Below, piece after piece: positions 1-12,219 of a stretch of 64,000 nucleotides of DNA. This DNA comes from Malacoraja senta. Taxonomy: Eukaryota. A program made the translations under genes and the position numbers. Below the pieces are notes generated by a model. It made no database searches and was not told where the DNA came from. It saw nothing but the letters and a program-made list of their open reading frames with translations. Each line of letters starts with the position of its first letter. Within the stretch, counting starts at the first letter, position 1. The stretch is taken from assembly GCA_038087875.1 (NCBI GenBank), contig JAXLNO010000350.1, positions 62,001 to 126,000 on the forward strand, read 5' to 3'.

Positions 1-3000
1 GGCCTGCCCTGTGCTTGAAACTGCAATGGAAATGGAAATAAAATCAAAATGCAATAAGTTGTTTGGCCTGCCCTGTGCTTGAAACTGCATTGGAAGTGGA
101 AATTAAATGCAAATACAATGAGCTGTTTGGCCTGCCCTGTGCTTGAAACGGCAATGGAAGTGGAAATGAAATGAAAATGCAATGAGCTGTTTGGCCTGCC
201 CTGTGCTTGAAACTGCAATGGAAATGGAAATAAAATGAAAATGCAATGAGTTTGACCTGCCCTGTGCTTGAAACTGAAATGGCAATGAAATGAAAATGCA
301 ATTAGTTGTTTGGCCTGCCCTGTGCTTGAAAGTGCAATGGAAATGGAAATGAAATGAAAATACAATGAGTTGTTTGGCCTGCCCTGTGCTTGCAACTGCA
401 ATGGAAACGGAAATTAAATGAAAATGCAATTAGCTGTTTGGCCTGGTCTGTGCTTGAAACTGCAAAGGAAATGGAAATGAAATGAAAATGCAATGTTGTT
501 TGGCCTGCCTTGTGCATGAAACTGCAATGGAAATAGAAATTAAATGAAAATGCAATGTTGTTTGGCCTGCCCTGTGCTTGAAACTGCAAAGGAAATGGAA
601 ATGAAATGAAAATGCAATGAGTTGTTTGGCCAGCCCTGTGCTTGAAACTTCAATGGAAATGGAAATGAAATGAAAATGCAATGAGATGTTTGGCCTGCCC
701 TGTGCTTCAAACTGCAATGGAAATGTAACTGAAATGAAAATGCAATGAGTCGTTTGGGCTGCCCTGTGCTTCAAACTGCAATGGGAAAGAAATGAAAATG
801 CAATGTAATTTGGCCTGCCATATGCTTGAAACTGCAATGGACCTGGAAAGGAAATGAAAATGCAATGAGTTGTTTGGCCTGCTCTGTGCTTGAAACTGCA
901 ATGGAAATGGAAATGAAATGAAAATGCAATGAGTCATTTGGCGTGCCTTGTGCTTGAAACGGCAATGGAAATGTAAATGAAATGAAAATGCAACGAGTTG
1001 TTTGGCCTGCCCTGTGCTTCAAACTGCAATGGAAATGGAAATGAAATTCAAAAGTAATGTTGTTTGGCCTGCCATGTGCTTGAAACTGCTATGGAAATGA
1101 AATGAAAATGCAATCTGTTTGGCCTGCCCTGTGCTTGAAACAGCAATGGAAATGGAAATTAAATGAAAATGCAATGAGTCGTTTGGCCTGCCCTGTGCTT
1201 GAAACTGCAATGGAAATGGAAATAAAATCAAAATGCAATGTCGTTTGGCCTGCCCTGTGCTTGAAACTGCATTGGAAGTGGAAATGAAATGCAAATGCAA
1301 TGAGCTGTTTGGCCTGCCCTGTGCTTGAAACTGCAATGGAAGTGGAAATGAAATGAAAATGCAATGAGCTGTTTGGCCTGCCCTGTGCTTGAAACTGCAT
1401 TGGAAGTGGAAATGAAATGCAAATGCAATGAGCTGTTTGGCCTGCCTGTGCTAGAAGCTGCAATGGAAGTGGAAATGACATGAAAGTGCAATGAGCTGCT
1501 TGGCCTTCCCTGTGCTGGAAACTGCAATGGAAATGGAAATTAAAAAAAATGCAATGAGCTCTTTGGCCTCCCCTGTGCTTGAAATTGCAATGGAAATGAA
1601 ATGAAATGAATATGAACATGAAATGAGTTGTTTTTCCAGCCCAGTGCTTGAAAATGCAATGGGATTTGGAAATGAAATGAAATGCAATGAGTTGTTTGGC
1701 ATGCCCTGTGCTTGAAACTGCAATGGAAATGGAAATGAAATGAAAATGCAATGAGTCATTTGGCCTGCTTTGTGCTTGAAATTGCAATGGAAATGGAAAT
1801 TAAATGAAAATGCAATGTCGTTTGGACTGCCATATGTTTGAAACTGCAATGGACCTGGAAAGGAAATGAAAATGCAATGAGTTGTTTGGCCTGCCTTGTG
1901 CTTGAAACTGCAATGGAAATGGAAATGAAATGAAAATGCAATGAGTCATTTGGCGTGCTTTGTGCTTGAAACTGCAATGGAAATGTAAATGAAATGAAAA
2001 TGCAATGAGTTGTTTGGCCTGCCCTGTGCTTCAAACTGCAATGGAAATGGAAATGAAATGAAAAGGTAATGTTGTTTGGCCTGCCATGTGCTTGAAACTG
2101 CAAGGGAAATGGAAATAAAATGAGAATGAAAATGAAATGAGTTGTTTTGACTGCCCTGAGCTTGAAACTGCTATGGAAATGAAATGAAAATGCAATCTGT
2201 TTGGCCTGCCCTGTGCTTGAAACAGCAATGGAAATGGAAATGAAATGAAATGAATATGAACATGAAATGAGTTGTTTGGCCTGCCCTATGCTTGAAAATG
2301 CAATGGGATTTAGAAATGAAATGAAATGCAATGAGTTGTTTGGCATGCCCTGTGCTTGAAACTGCAATGGAAATGGAAATGAAATGAAAATGCAATGAAC
2401 TGTTTGACCTGCCCTGTGCTTGAAACTGAAATGGAAATGGAAATGAAATGAAAATGCAATGAGCTGTTTGGCCTGCCCTGTGCTTGAAATTGCAATGGAA
2501 ATGGAAATGAAATGAAAATGCAATGATGTGTTTGGCCTGCCCTGTGCTTGAAACTCCCAATAGAAGTGGAAATGAAATGAAAATGCATTGAGTTTTTTGG
2601 CCCTCCCTGTGCTTGAAAATGCAATGGAAATGGTAATTAAATGAAATGCAATGTCGTTTGGCCTGCCCTGTGCATGGAACTGCAATGGAAATGGAAATGA
2701 AATGAAAATGCAATGAGTCGTTGGGCCTGCCCTGTGCTTGAAACTGCAATGGAAATGGAAATAAAATCAAAATGCGATAAGTCGTTTGGCCTGCCCTGTG
2801 CTTGAAACTGCATTGGAAGTGGAAATGAAATGCAAATGCAATGAGCTGTTTGGACTGCCCTATGTTTGAAACTGCAATGGAAGTGGAAATGAAATGAAAA
2901 TGCAATGAGCTGTTTGGCCTGCCCTGTGCTTGAAACTGCAATGGAAATGGAAATAAAATGAAAATGCATTGAGTTGTTTGGCCTGCCCTGTGCTTGCAAA

Positions 3001-6000
3001 TGCAATGGAATTGGAAATGAAATGAAAATGCAATGAGTCATTTGGCCTGCCCTGTGCTAGAAACTGTAATGGAAGTGGAAATGACATGAAAGTGCCATGA
3101 GCTGCTTGGCCTTCCCTGTGCTGGAAAGGGCAATGGAAATGGAAATGAAAAAAAATGCAATGAGCTCTTTGGCCTCCACTGTGCTTGAAACTGCAATGGA
3201 AATGAAATGAAATGAAATGAGTTGTTTGGCCTGCCCAGTGCTTGAAAATGGAATGGGATTTGGAAATGAAATGAAAATGCAATGAGTCATTTGGCCTGCT
3301 TTGTGCTTGAAATTGCAATGGAAAAGGAAATTAAATGAAAATGCATTGTCGTTTGGACTGCCATATGTTTGAAACTGCAATGGACCTGGAAAGGAAATGA
3401 AATGAAAATGCAATGAGTTGTTTGGCCAGCCCTGTGCTTGAAACTGTAATGGAAATGAAAATGAAATGAGTTGTTTGGCGTGCCCTGTGCTTGAAACAGC
3501 AATGAAAATGGAAATGAAATGAATATGCAACGATTTATTTGGCCTGTCCTGTGCTTGAAACTGCAATGGAAATGGAAATGAAATGAAATCAATATGAAAA
3601 TGAAATGAGTGGTTTGGCCTGCCATGTGCTTTAAAATTCAATGGGATTTGGAAATGAAATGAAATGCAATGAGTTGTTTGGCCTGCCCCGTGCTTGAAAA
3701 TTCAATGGGATTTGGAAATGAAATGAAATGCAATGAGTTGTTTGACTTGCCCTGTGCTTGAAAGCACAATGTAAATATAATGAAAATGCAATGAATTGTT
3801 TGGCCTGCCATGTGCTTGAAACTGCAATGAAATGTAAATCAAATGAGTTGTTTGGCCTGCCCTGTGCTTTAAAATTCAATGGGATTTGGAAATGAAATGA
3901 AATGCAATGAGTTGTTTGGCCTGCCCCGTGCTTGAAAATTTAATGGGATTTGGAAATGAAATGAAATGCAATGAGTTGTTTGGCTTGCCCTGTGCTTGAA
4001 AGCACAATGAAAATGCAATGAATTGTTTGGCCTGCCCCGTGCTTGAAAATTCAATGGGATTTGGAAATGAAATGAAAATGCAATGAGTCGTTGGGCCTGC
4101 CCTGTGCTTGAAACTGCAATGGAAATGGAAATAAAATCAAAATGCAATAAGTTGTTTGGCCTGCCCTGTGCTTGAAACTGCATTGGAAGTGGAAATTAAA
4201 TGCAAATGCAATGAGCTGTTTGGCCTGCTCTGTGCTTGAAACGGCAATGGAAGTGGAAAAAAATGAAAATGCAATGAGCTGTTTGGCCTGCCCTGTGCTT
4301 GAAACTGCAATGGAAATGGAAATAAAATGAAAATGCAATGAGTTTGACCTGCCCTGTGCTTGAAACTGAAATGGAAATGAAATGAAAATGCAATTAGTTG
4401 TTTGGCCTGCCCTGTGCTTGAAAGTGCAATGGAAATGGAAATGAAATGAAAATGCAATGAGTTGTTTGGCCTGCCCTGTGCTTGAAACTGCAATGGAAAC
4501 GGAAATTAAATGAAAATGCAATTAGCTGTTTGGCCTGGTCTGTGCTTGAAACTGCAAAGGAAATGGAAATGAAATGAAAATGCAATGTTGTTTGGCCTGC
4601 CCTGTGCTTGAAACTGCAAAGGAAATGGAAATGAAATGAAAATGCAATGAGTTGTTTGGCCAGCCCTGTGCTTGAAACTTCAATGGAAATGGAAATGAAA
4701 TGAAAATGCAATGAGATGTTTGGCCTGCCCTGTGCTTCAAACTGCAATGGAAATGTAACTGAAATGAAAATGCAATGAGTCGTTTGGCCTGCCCTGTGCT
4801 TCAAACTGCAATGGGAATGAAATGAAAATGCAATGTAATTTGGCCTGCCATATGCTTGAAACAGCAATGGACATGGAAAGGAAATGAAAATGCAATGAGT
4901 CGTTTGGCCTGCCCTGTGCTTGAAACTGCAATGGAAATGGAAATGAAATGAAAATGGAATGAGTCATTTGGCGTGCCTTGTGCTTGAAACTGCAATGGAA
5001 ATGGAAATGAAATGAAAATGCAACGAGTTGTTTGGCCTACCCTGTGCTTCAAACTGCAATGGAAATGGAAATGAAATTCAAAAGTAATGTTGTTTGGCCT
5101 GCCATGTGCTTGAAACTGCAAGGGAAATGGAAATAAAATGAAAATGAAAATGAAATGAGTTGTTTGGCCTGCCCTGAGCTTGAAACTGCTATGGAAATGA
5201 AATGAAAATGCAATCTGTTTGGCCTGCCCTGTGCTTGAAACAGCAATGGAAATGGAAATTAAATGAAAAAGCAATAAGTCATTTGGCCTGCCCTGTGCTT
5301 GAAACTGCATTGGAAGTGGAAATGAAATGCAAATGCAATGAGCTGTTTGGCCTACCCTGTGCTTGAAACTGCAATGGAAGTGGAAATGAAATGAAAATGC
5401 AATGAGCTGTTTGGCCTGCCCTGTTCTTGAAACTGCAATGGAAATGGAAATAAAATGAAAATGCATTGAGTTGTTTGGCCTGCCCTGTGCTTGAAAATGC
5501 AATGGAATTGGAAATGAAATGAAAATGCAATGAGTCATTTGGCCTGCCTGTGCTAGAAACTTCAATGGAAGTGGAAATGACATGAAAGTGCAATGAGCTG
5601 CTTGGCCTTCCCTGTGCTTGAAATTGCAATGGAAATGAAATGAAATGAATATGAACATGAAATGAGTTGTTTGGCCTGCCCTATGCTTGAAAATGCATTG
5701 GGATTTAGAAATGAAATGAAATGCAATGAGTTGTTTGGCATGCCCTGTGCTTGAAACTGCAATGGAAATGAAATGAAAATGCAATGAGTCATTGGGCCTG
5801 CTTTGTGCTTGAAATTGCAATGGAAATGGAAATTAAATGAAAATGCATTGTCGTTTGGACTGCCATATGCTTGAAACTGCAATGGACCTGGAAAGGAAAT
5901 GAAAATGCAATGAGTTGTTTGGCCTGCCCTGTGCTTGAAACTGTAATGGAAATGAAATGAAAATACAATGTTGTTTGGCCTGCCCTGTGCTTGAAACTGC

Positions 6001-9000
6001 AATGGAAATGGAAAATAAATGAAAATGTAATGTTGTTTGGCCTGTGCTGAGCTTCAAACTGCAATAGAAATGAAATGAAAATGCAATGAGTTGTTTGGCC
6101 AGCCCTGTGCTTGAAACTGAAATGGAAATGGAAATGAAATGAAAATGCAATGAGCTGTTTGGCCTGCCCTGTGCTTGAAATTGCAATGGAAATGGAAATG
6201 AAATGAAAATGCAATGATGTGTTTGGCCTGCCCTGTGCTTGAAACTCCCAATAGAAGTGGAAATGAAATGAAAATGCATTGAGTTTTTTGGCCCTCCCTG
6301 TGCTTGAAAATGCAATGGAAATGGTAATTAAATGAAATGCAATGTCGTTTGGCCTGCCCTGTGCATGGAACTGCAATGGAAATGGAAATGAAATGAAAAT
6401 GCAATGAGTCGTTGGGCCTGCCCTGTGCTTGAAACTGCAATGGAAATGGAAATAAAATCAAAATGCGATAAGTCGTTTGGCCTGCCCTGTGCTTGAAACT
6501 GCATTGGAAGTGGAAATGAAATGCAAATGCAATGAGCTGTTTGGCCTGCCCTATGCTTGAAACTGCAATGGAAGTGGAAATGAAATGAAAATGCAATGAG
6601 CTGTTTGGCCTGCCCTGTGCTTGAAACTGCAATGGAAATGGAAATAAAATGAAAATGCATTGAGTTGTTTGGCCTGCCCTGTGCTTGCAAATGCAATGGA
6701 ATTGGAAATGAAATGAAAATGCAATGAGTCATTTGGCCTGCCCTGTGCTAGAAACTGTAATGGAAGTGGAAATGACATGAAAGTGCCATGAGCTGCTTGG
6801 CCTTCCCTGTGCTGGAAAGGGCAATGGAAATGGAAATGAAAAAAAATGCAATGAGCTCTTTGGCCTCCACTGTGCTTGAAACTGCAATGGAAATGAAATG
6901 AAATGAAATGAGTTGTTTGGCCTGCCCAGTGCTTGAAAATGGAATGGGATTTGGAAATGAAATGAAAATGCAATGAGTCATTTGGCCTGCTTTGTGCTTG
7001 AAATTGCAATGGAAAAGGAAATTAAATGAAAATGCATTGTCGTTTGGACTGCCATATGTTTGAAACTGCAATGGACCTGGAAAGGAAATGAAATGAAAAT
7101 GCAATGAGTTGTTTGGCCAGCCCTGTGCTTGAAACTGTAATGGAAATGAAAATGAAATGAGTTGTTTGGCGTGCCCTGTGCTTGAAACAGCAATGAAAAT
7201 GGAAATGAAATGAATATGCAACGATTTATTTGGCCTGTCCTGTGCTTGAAACTGCAATGGAAATGGAAATGAAATGAAATCAATATGAAAATGAAATGAG
7301 TGGTTTGGCCTGCCATGTGCTTTAAAATTCAATGGGATTTGGAAATGAAATGAAATGCAATGAGTTGTTTGGCCTGCCCCGTGCTTGAAAATTCAATGGG
7401 ATTTGGAAATGAAATGAAATGCAATGAGTTGTTTGACTTGCCCTGTGCTTGAAAGCACAATGTAAATATAATGAAAATGCAATGAATTGTTTGGCCTGCC
7501 ATGTGCTTGAAACTGCAATGAAATGTAAATCAAATGAGTTGTTTGGCCTGCCCTGTGCTTTAAAATTCAATGGGATTTGGAAATGAAATGAAATGCAATG
7601 AGTTGTTTGGCCTGCCCCGTGCTTGAAAATTTAATGGGATTTGGAAATGAAATGAAATGCAATGAGTTGTTTGGCTTGCCCTGTGCTTGAAAGCACAATG
7701 AAAATGCAATGAATTGTTTGGCCTGCCCCGTGCTTGAAAATTCAATGGGATTTGGAAATGAAATGAAAATGCAATGAGTCGTTGGGCCTGCCCTGTGCTT
7801 GAAACTGCAATGGAAATGGAAATAAAATCAAAATGCAATAAGTTGTTTGGCCTGCCCTGTGCTTGAAACTGCATTGGAAGTGGAAATTAAATGCAAATGC
7901 AATGAGCTGTCTGGCCTGCTCTGTGCTTGAAACGGCAATGGAAGTGGAAAAAAATGAAAATGCAATGAGCTGTTTGGCCTGCCCTGTGCTTGAAACTGCA
8001 ATGGAAATGGAAATAAAATGAAAATGCAATGAGTTTGACCTGCCCTGTGCTTGAAACTGAAATGGAAATGAAATGAAAATGCAATTAGTTGTTTGGCCTG
8101 CCCTGTGCTTGAAAGTGCAATGGAAATGGAAATGAAATGAAAATGCAATGAGTTGTTTGGCCTGCCCTGTGCTTGAAACTGCAATGGAAACGGAAATTAA
8201 ATGAAAATGCAATTAGCTGTTTGGCCTGGTCTGTGCTTGAAACTGCAAAGGAAATGGAAATGAAATGAAAATGCAATGTTGTTTGGCCTGCCCTGTGCTT
8301 GAAACTGCAAAGGAAATGGAAATGAAATGAAAATGCAATGAGTTGTTTGGCCAGCCCTGTGCTTGAAACTTCAATGGAAATGGAAATGAAATGAAAATGC
8401 AATGAGATGTTTGGCCTGCCCTGTGCTTCAAACTGCAATGGAAATGTAACTGAAATGAAAATGCAATGAGTCGTTTGGCCTGCCCTGTGCTTCAAACTGC
8501 AATGGGAATGAAATGAAAATGCAATGTAATTTGGCCTGCCATATGCTTGAAACTGCAATGGACATGGAAAGGAAATGAAAATGCAATGAGTCGTTTGGCC
8601 TGCCCTGTGCTTGAAACTGCAATGGAAATGGAAATGAAATGAAAATGGAATGAGTCATTTGGCGTGCCTTGTGCTTGAAACTGCAATGGAAATGTAAATG
8701 AAATGAAAATGCAACGAGTTGTTTGGCCTACCCTGTGCTTCAAACTGCAATGGAAATGGAAACGAAATTCAAAAGTAATGTTGTTTGGCCTGCCATGTGC
8801 TTGAAACTGCAAGGGAAATGGAAATAAAATGAAAATGAAAATGAAATGAGTTGTTTGGCCTGCCCTGAGCTTGAAACTGCTATGGAAATGAAATGAAAAT
8901 GCAATCTGTTTGGCCTGCCCTGTGCTTGAAACAGCAATGGAAATGGAAATTAAATGAAAAAGCAATAAGTCATTTGGCCTGCCCTGTTCTTGAAACTGCA

Positions 9001-10460
9001 ATGGAAATGGAAATAAAATGAAAATGCATTGAGTTGTTTGGCCTGCCCTGTGCTTGAAAATGCAATGGAATTGGAAATGAAATGAAAATGCAATGAGTCA
9101 TTTGGCCTGCCTGTGCTAGAAACTTCAATGGAAGTGGAAATGACATGAAAGTGCAATGAGCTGCTTGGCCTTCCCTGTGCTTGAAATTGCAATGGAAATG
9201 AAATGAAATGAATATGAACATGAAATGAGTTGTTTGGCCTGCCCTATGCTTGAAAATGCATTGGGATTTAGAAATGAAATGAAATGCAATGAGTTGTTTG
9301 GCATGCCCTGTGCTTGAAACTGCAATGGAAATGAAATGAAAATGCAATGAGTCATTGGGCCTGCTTTGTGCTTGAAATTGCAATGGAAATGGAAATTAAA
9401 TGAAAATGCATTGTCGTTTGGACTGCCATATGCTTGAAACTGCAATGGACCTGGAAAGGAAATGAAAATGCAATGAGTTGTTTGGCCTGCCCTGTGCTTG
9501 AAACTGTAATGGAAATGAAATGAAAATACAATGTTGTTTGGCCTGCCCTGTGCTTGAAACTGCAATGGAAATGGAAAATAAATGAAAATGTAATGTTGTT
9601 TGGCCTGTGCTGAGCTTCAAACTGCAATAGAAATGAAATGAAAATGCAATGAGTTGTTTGGCCAGCCCTGTGCTTGAAACTGTAATGGAAATGAAAATGA
9701 AATGAGTTGTTTGGCCTGCCCTGTGCTTGAAACAGCAATGAAAATGGAAATGAAATGAATATGCAATAAATTATTTGGCCTGTCCTGTGCTTAAAACTGC
9801 AATGGAAATGGAAATGAAATGAAATTATTCAATTCAATCTTAAATTGTCATTGTGCAGTGTACAGTACAGAGACAACGAAATGCAGTTAGCATCTCACCC
9901 AGAAGAGCGAAATTAGGAATAATGAGCAGTAAAATATATATACAGTATGTACAGCAGTATCAGTAGTGCAATTTTTCTGGGGGAAGGAGTGTCCGGAGGG
10001 GGGGGGGGGGGTGGGTGACTGGCAATCACCGAGGTGCAGAGTTCAGTAGTGTTAACAGCCGCAAATGAAATTAATATGAAAATCAAATGAGTTGTTTGGC
10101 CTGCCTTGTGCTTTAAAATTCAATGGGATTTGGAAATGAAATGAAATGCAATGAGTTGTTTGGCCTGCCCCGTGCTTGAAAATTCAATGGGATTTGGAAA
10201 TGAAATGAAATGCAATGAGTTGTTTGGCCTGCCCTGTGCTTGAAAGCGCAATGTAAATGTAATGAAAATGCAATGAATTGTTTGGCCTGCCATGTGCTTG
10301 AAACTGCAATGAAATGTAAATGAAATGAAGATGAAAAGAGTTGTTTGGCCTGCCCTGTGCTTGAAATTGAAATGGAAATGGAAATAGAAATGAAATGAGT
10401 TGTTTGGCCTGCCCTGTGCTTGAAATTGAAAAGGAGATGAAATGAGTTGTTTGGCCTGCC
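1..10460. repeat. Satellite array, ~64-bp monomer (consensus GTTGTTTGGCCTGCCCTGTGCTTGAAACTGCAATGGAAATGGAAATGAAATGAAAATGCAATGA), roughly 160-170 monomers, open at the left window edge
   Basis: Continuous tandem repeats: a conserved TTTGGCCTGCCCTGTGCTTGAAA box plus a variable GAAAT/GGAAAT tract. Identical spurious ORFs recur at an offset of 3,691 bp. Confidence 0.98.
9828..10062 (-). mobile_element. 3' end of a non-LTR retroelement (Rex-Babar/L2-type tail) inserted in a satellite monomer
   Basis: 11-bp TSD AAATGAAATTA (9817-9827 and 10063-10073). Minus strand ends ATTTCGTTGTCTCTGTAC...ATGACAAT...TTGAATTGAA. The uninterrupted monomer is at ~3541-3620. Confidence 0.8.
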
Positions 10461-10900
10461 AGAAACCACTAATTTCGGTCCACAAGGCCCCTATTAGCTG
10501 AGAAACCTGTCTTTTTGCCCAAAATGCCCGTATTAGCCCAGGTGGAGCATTTTGGCCCATACGGCCTGTGCCAGGCCAGGAAAAGTCCATAAAAAGTGCC
10601 TTTCACTGCGATTTCACAGATTTTTTTAAAGGGCCTTTTCGGCGCATCAAGCCTGTACTAGCCCAGGAGTCCTTTTGGCCCATCAGTAAGTATTCCCGCT
10701 CCAAGTATTAAACCTCACCCCAGTATTTTTCTCCCTCCCTTCATTGGCTCTCTGTGACATCTAGGCCAGGATAGACTTTCCTCCTTCATTGCTGTAATCT
10801 GCAGAAAAACACGAAAAATGTCTAAAATTGATTCTCCACCCTCTCCCCCTTCTCTCTCACAGAGTCTCTCACCTGTTTTGGGCAGAATTTCTGGCAGTTT

Positions 10901-11147
10901 CTGAGCTGCCAGCCCACCAGGCCTGAGTGACTGAGCTGCCAGGCCTGAGTGACCGAGCTGCCAGCCTACCAGGCCTGAGTGACGGAGCTGCCAGCCCACC
11001 AGGCCTGAGTGACTGAGCTGCTAGCCCACCAGGCCTGAGTGACTGAGCTGCCAGCCCACCAGTCCTGAGTGACTGAGCTGCCAGCCCACCAGGCCTGAGT
11101 GACTGAGCTGCCAGCCCACCAGGCCTGAGTAACTGAGCTGCCAGCCC
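10901..11147. repeat. 30-bp minisatellite CTGAGCTGCCAGCCCACCAGGCCTGAGTGA, ~8 copies
   Basis: Direct reading. One or two degenerate units also occur at 61955-62013 inside the complete Helitron. Confidence 0.95.
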
Positions 11148-11530
11148 AAGAATCCATTCGGCCCACAATGTCCGTACTAGCCATCTGGAAACCAGTCCCT
11201 TCGGTGCACAACACCCATTCTAGCGCTCCAGAAAGCTTCCACCCCACTAGCCACCAATGTTGGAATTGGTGGAGCGGTGGAATATTGTGTTGGGGGACCA
11301 GCCCTTCCATGTGAACATGGGACCCAATGGGTCCCACTTAGTCTAGTAAAATATAAAGATACTACACTCCAATAATAGAAGGAATGGGTGACGTTTTGGG
11401 TTGAGACCCTTCTTCAGACACCAGAGATGCTGCCTGTCCTGCTGAGTTACTCCAGCATTTTGTGTCTGTCTTCAGTTTCAGTTCAGTTTAGTTTATTGTC
11501 ACGTGTACTGAGGTACAGTGAAAAGCTTGG

Positions 11531-11830
11531 TCTGTCTCCAAGACGAGACGGAGGGTCAACCAGCTGGAGGAGCCCCTCTCCCAGACGGAGCAAGTCTCCC
11601 AGACGCAAGAGGCAATCACAGCCCGCATCACAAGGTAATGTGGTGGGGGAACCTGCTCACATCGTGCCAAGCCACACTCACACACAACAGAAATACAACA
11701 CAGAATAAGTCGGAAATACGACTCGCATGAGAAGTGGCCGATTGTCAATACCCCCAACTTGACTTGTTATGTAAAATAGTTAGGCAATGATTTTGTAGTT
11801 TTGTAGTATAATGTTCAAAGTATAAAGAGC
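11531..11830 (+). mobile_element. Probable Gypsy LTR-retrotransposon fragment (integrase C-terminal tail plus 3' UTR); paralog at ~33641-33940
   Basis: Paralog reads ...GNTTRTRSGRLSIPPTRLVM*, matching the TRSGR-x3-PP-x-RL motif typical of Gypsy pol ends. Confidence 0.5.
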
Positions 11831-11846
11831 ACTGTGTTTATTGGAG

Positions 11847-12219
11847 GTAGACAAAATTGCTGGAGAAACTCAGCGGGTGAGGCAGCATCTATGGAGCGAA
11901 GGAATAGGTGACGTCTTGGGTCGAGACCCTTCTTCAGACTGATGTGGAGGTTGGGCGGGGAAGAAGAAAGGAAGAGGCGGAGACAGTAGGCTGTGGGAGA
12001 GCTGGGAAGGGGAGGGGAAGGAGGGAGAAAGCTAGGAATATCTTAAATTGGACAAGTCAATGTTCATACCGCTGGGCTGTAAACTGCCCAAGCAAAATAT
12101 GAGGTGCTGCTCCTCCAATTTGCAGTGGGACTCTCTCTGGCCATGGAGGAGACCCAGGACAGAAAGGTCCGATTCGGAATGGGCGGGGTAGTTGAAGTGC
12201 TGGGCCACCGGGAGATCAG
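11847..12219 (-). mobile_element. Penelope-like element 3' fragment (GIY-YIG C-terminus plus terminal repeat)
   Basis: Minus-strand peptide DLPVAQHFNYPAHSESDLSVLGL...KLEEQHLIFCLGSLQPSGMNID, followed by the family terminal repeat. Confidence 0.85.

Larger units (their letters stand above)
1..11346 (+). mobile_element. Non-autonomous Helitron, 3' part (5' end outside the window); probably contains the satellite and the 30-bp repeat
   Basis: Hairpin TGGGACCCA-A-TGGGTCCCA at 11318-11336, then CTTAGT-CTAG (11343-11346), then T. Segment 11130-11346 is homologous to the 3' part of the complete Helitron at 60724-62195. Confidence 0.7.

Noticed and set aside
1..10460. CRISPR-like array (conserved box plus variable part)
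   Set aside because: The variable parts are near-identical GAAAT tracts, not unique spacers. No cas genes; eukaryotic context.
44..10590. Dozens of long minus-strand ORFs rich in F/H/I/S
   Set aside because: Translations of the satellite, which lacks stops on that strand. All three frames give the same repeating peptides.
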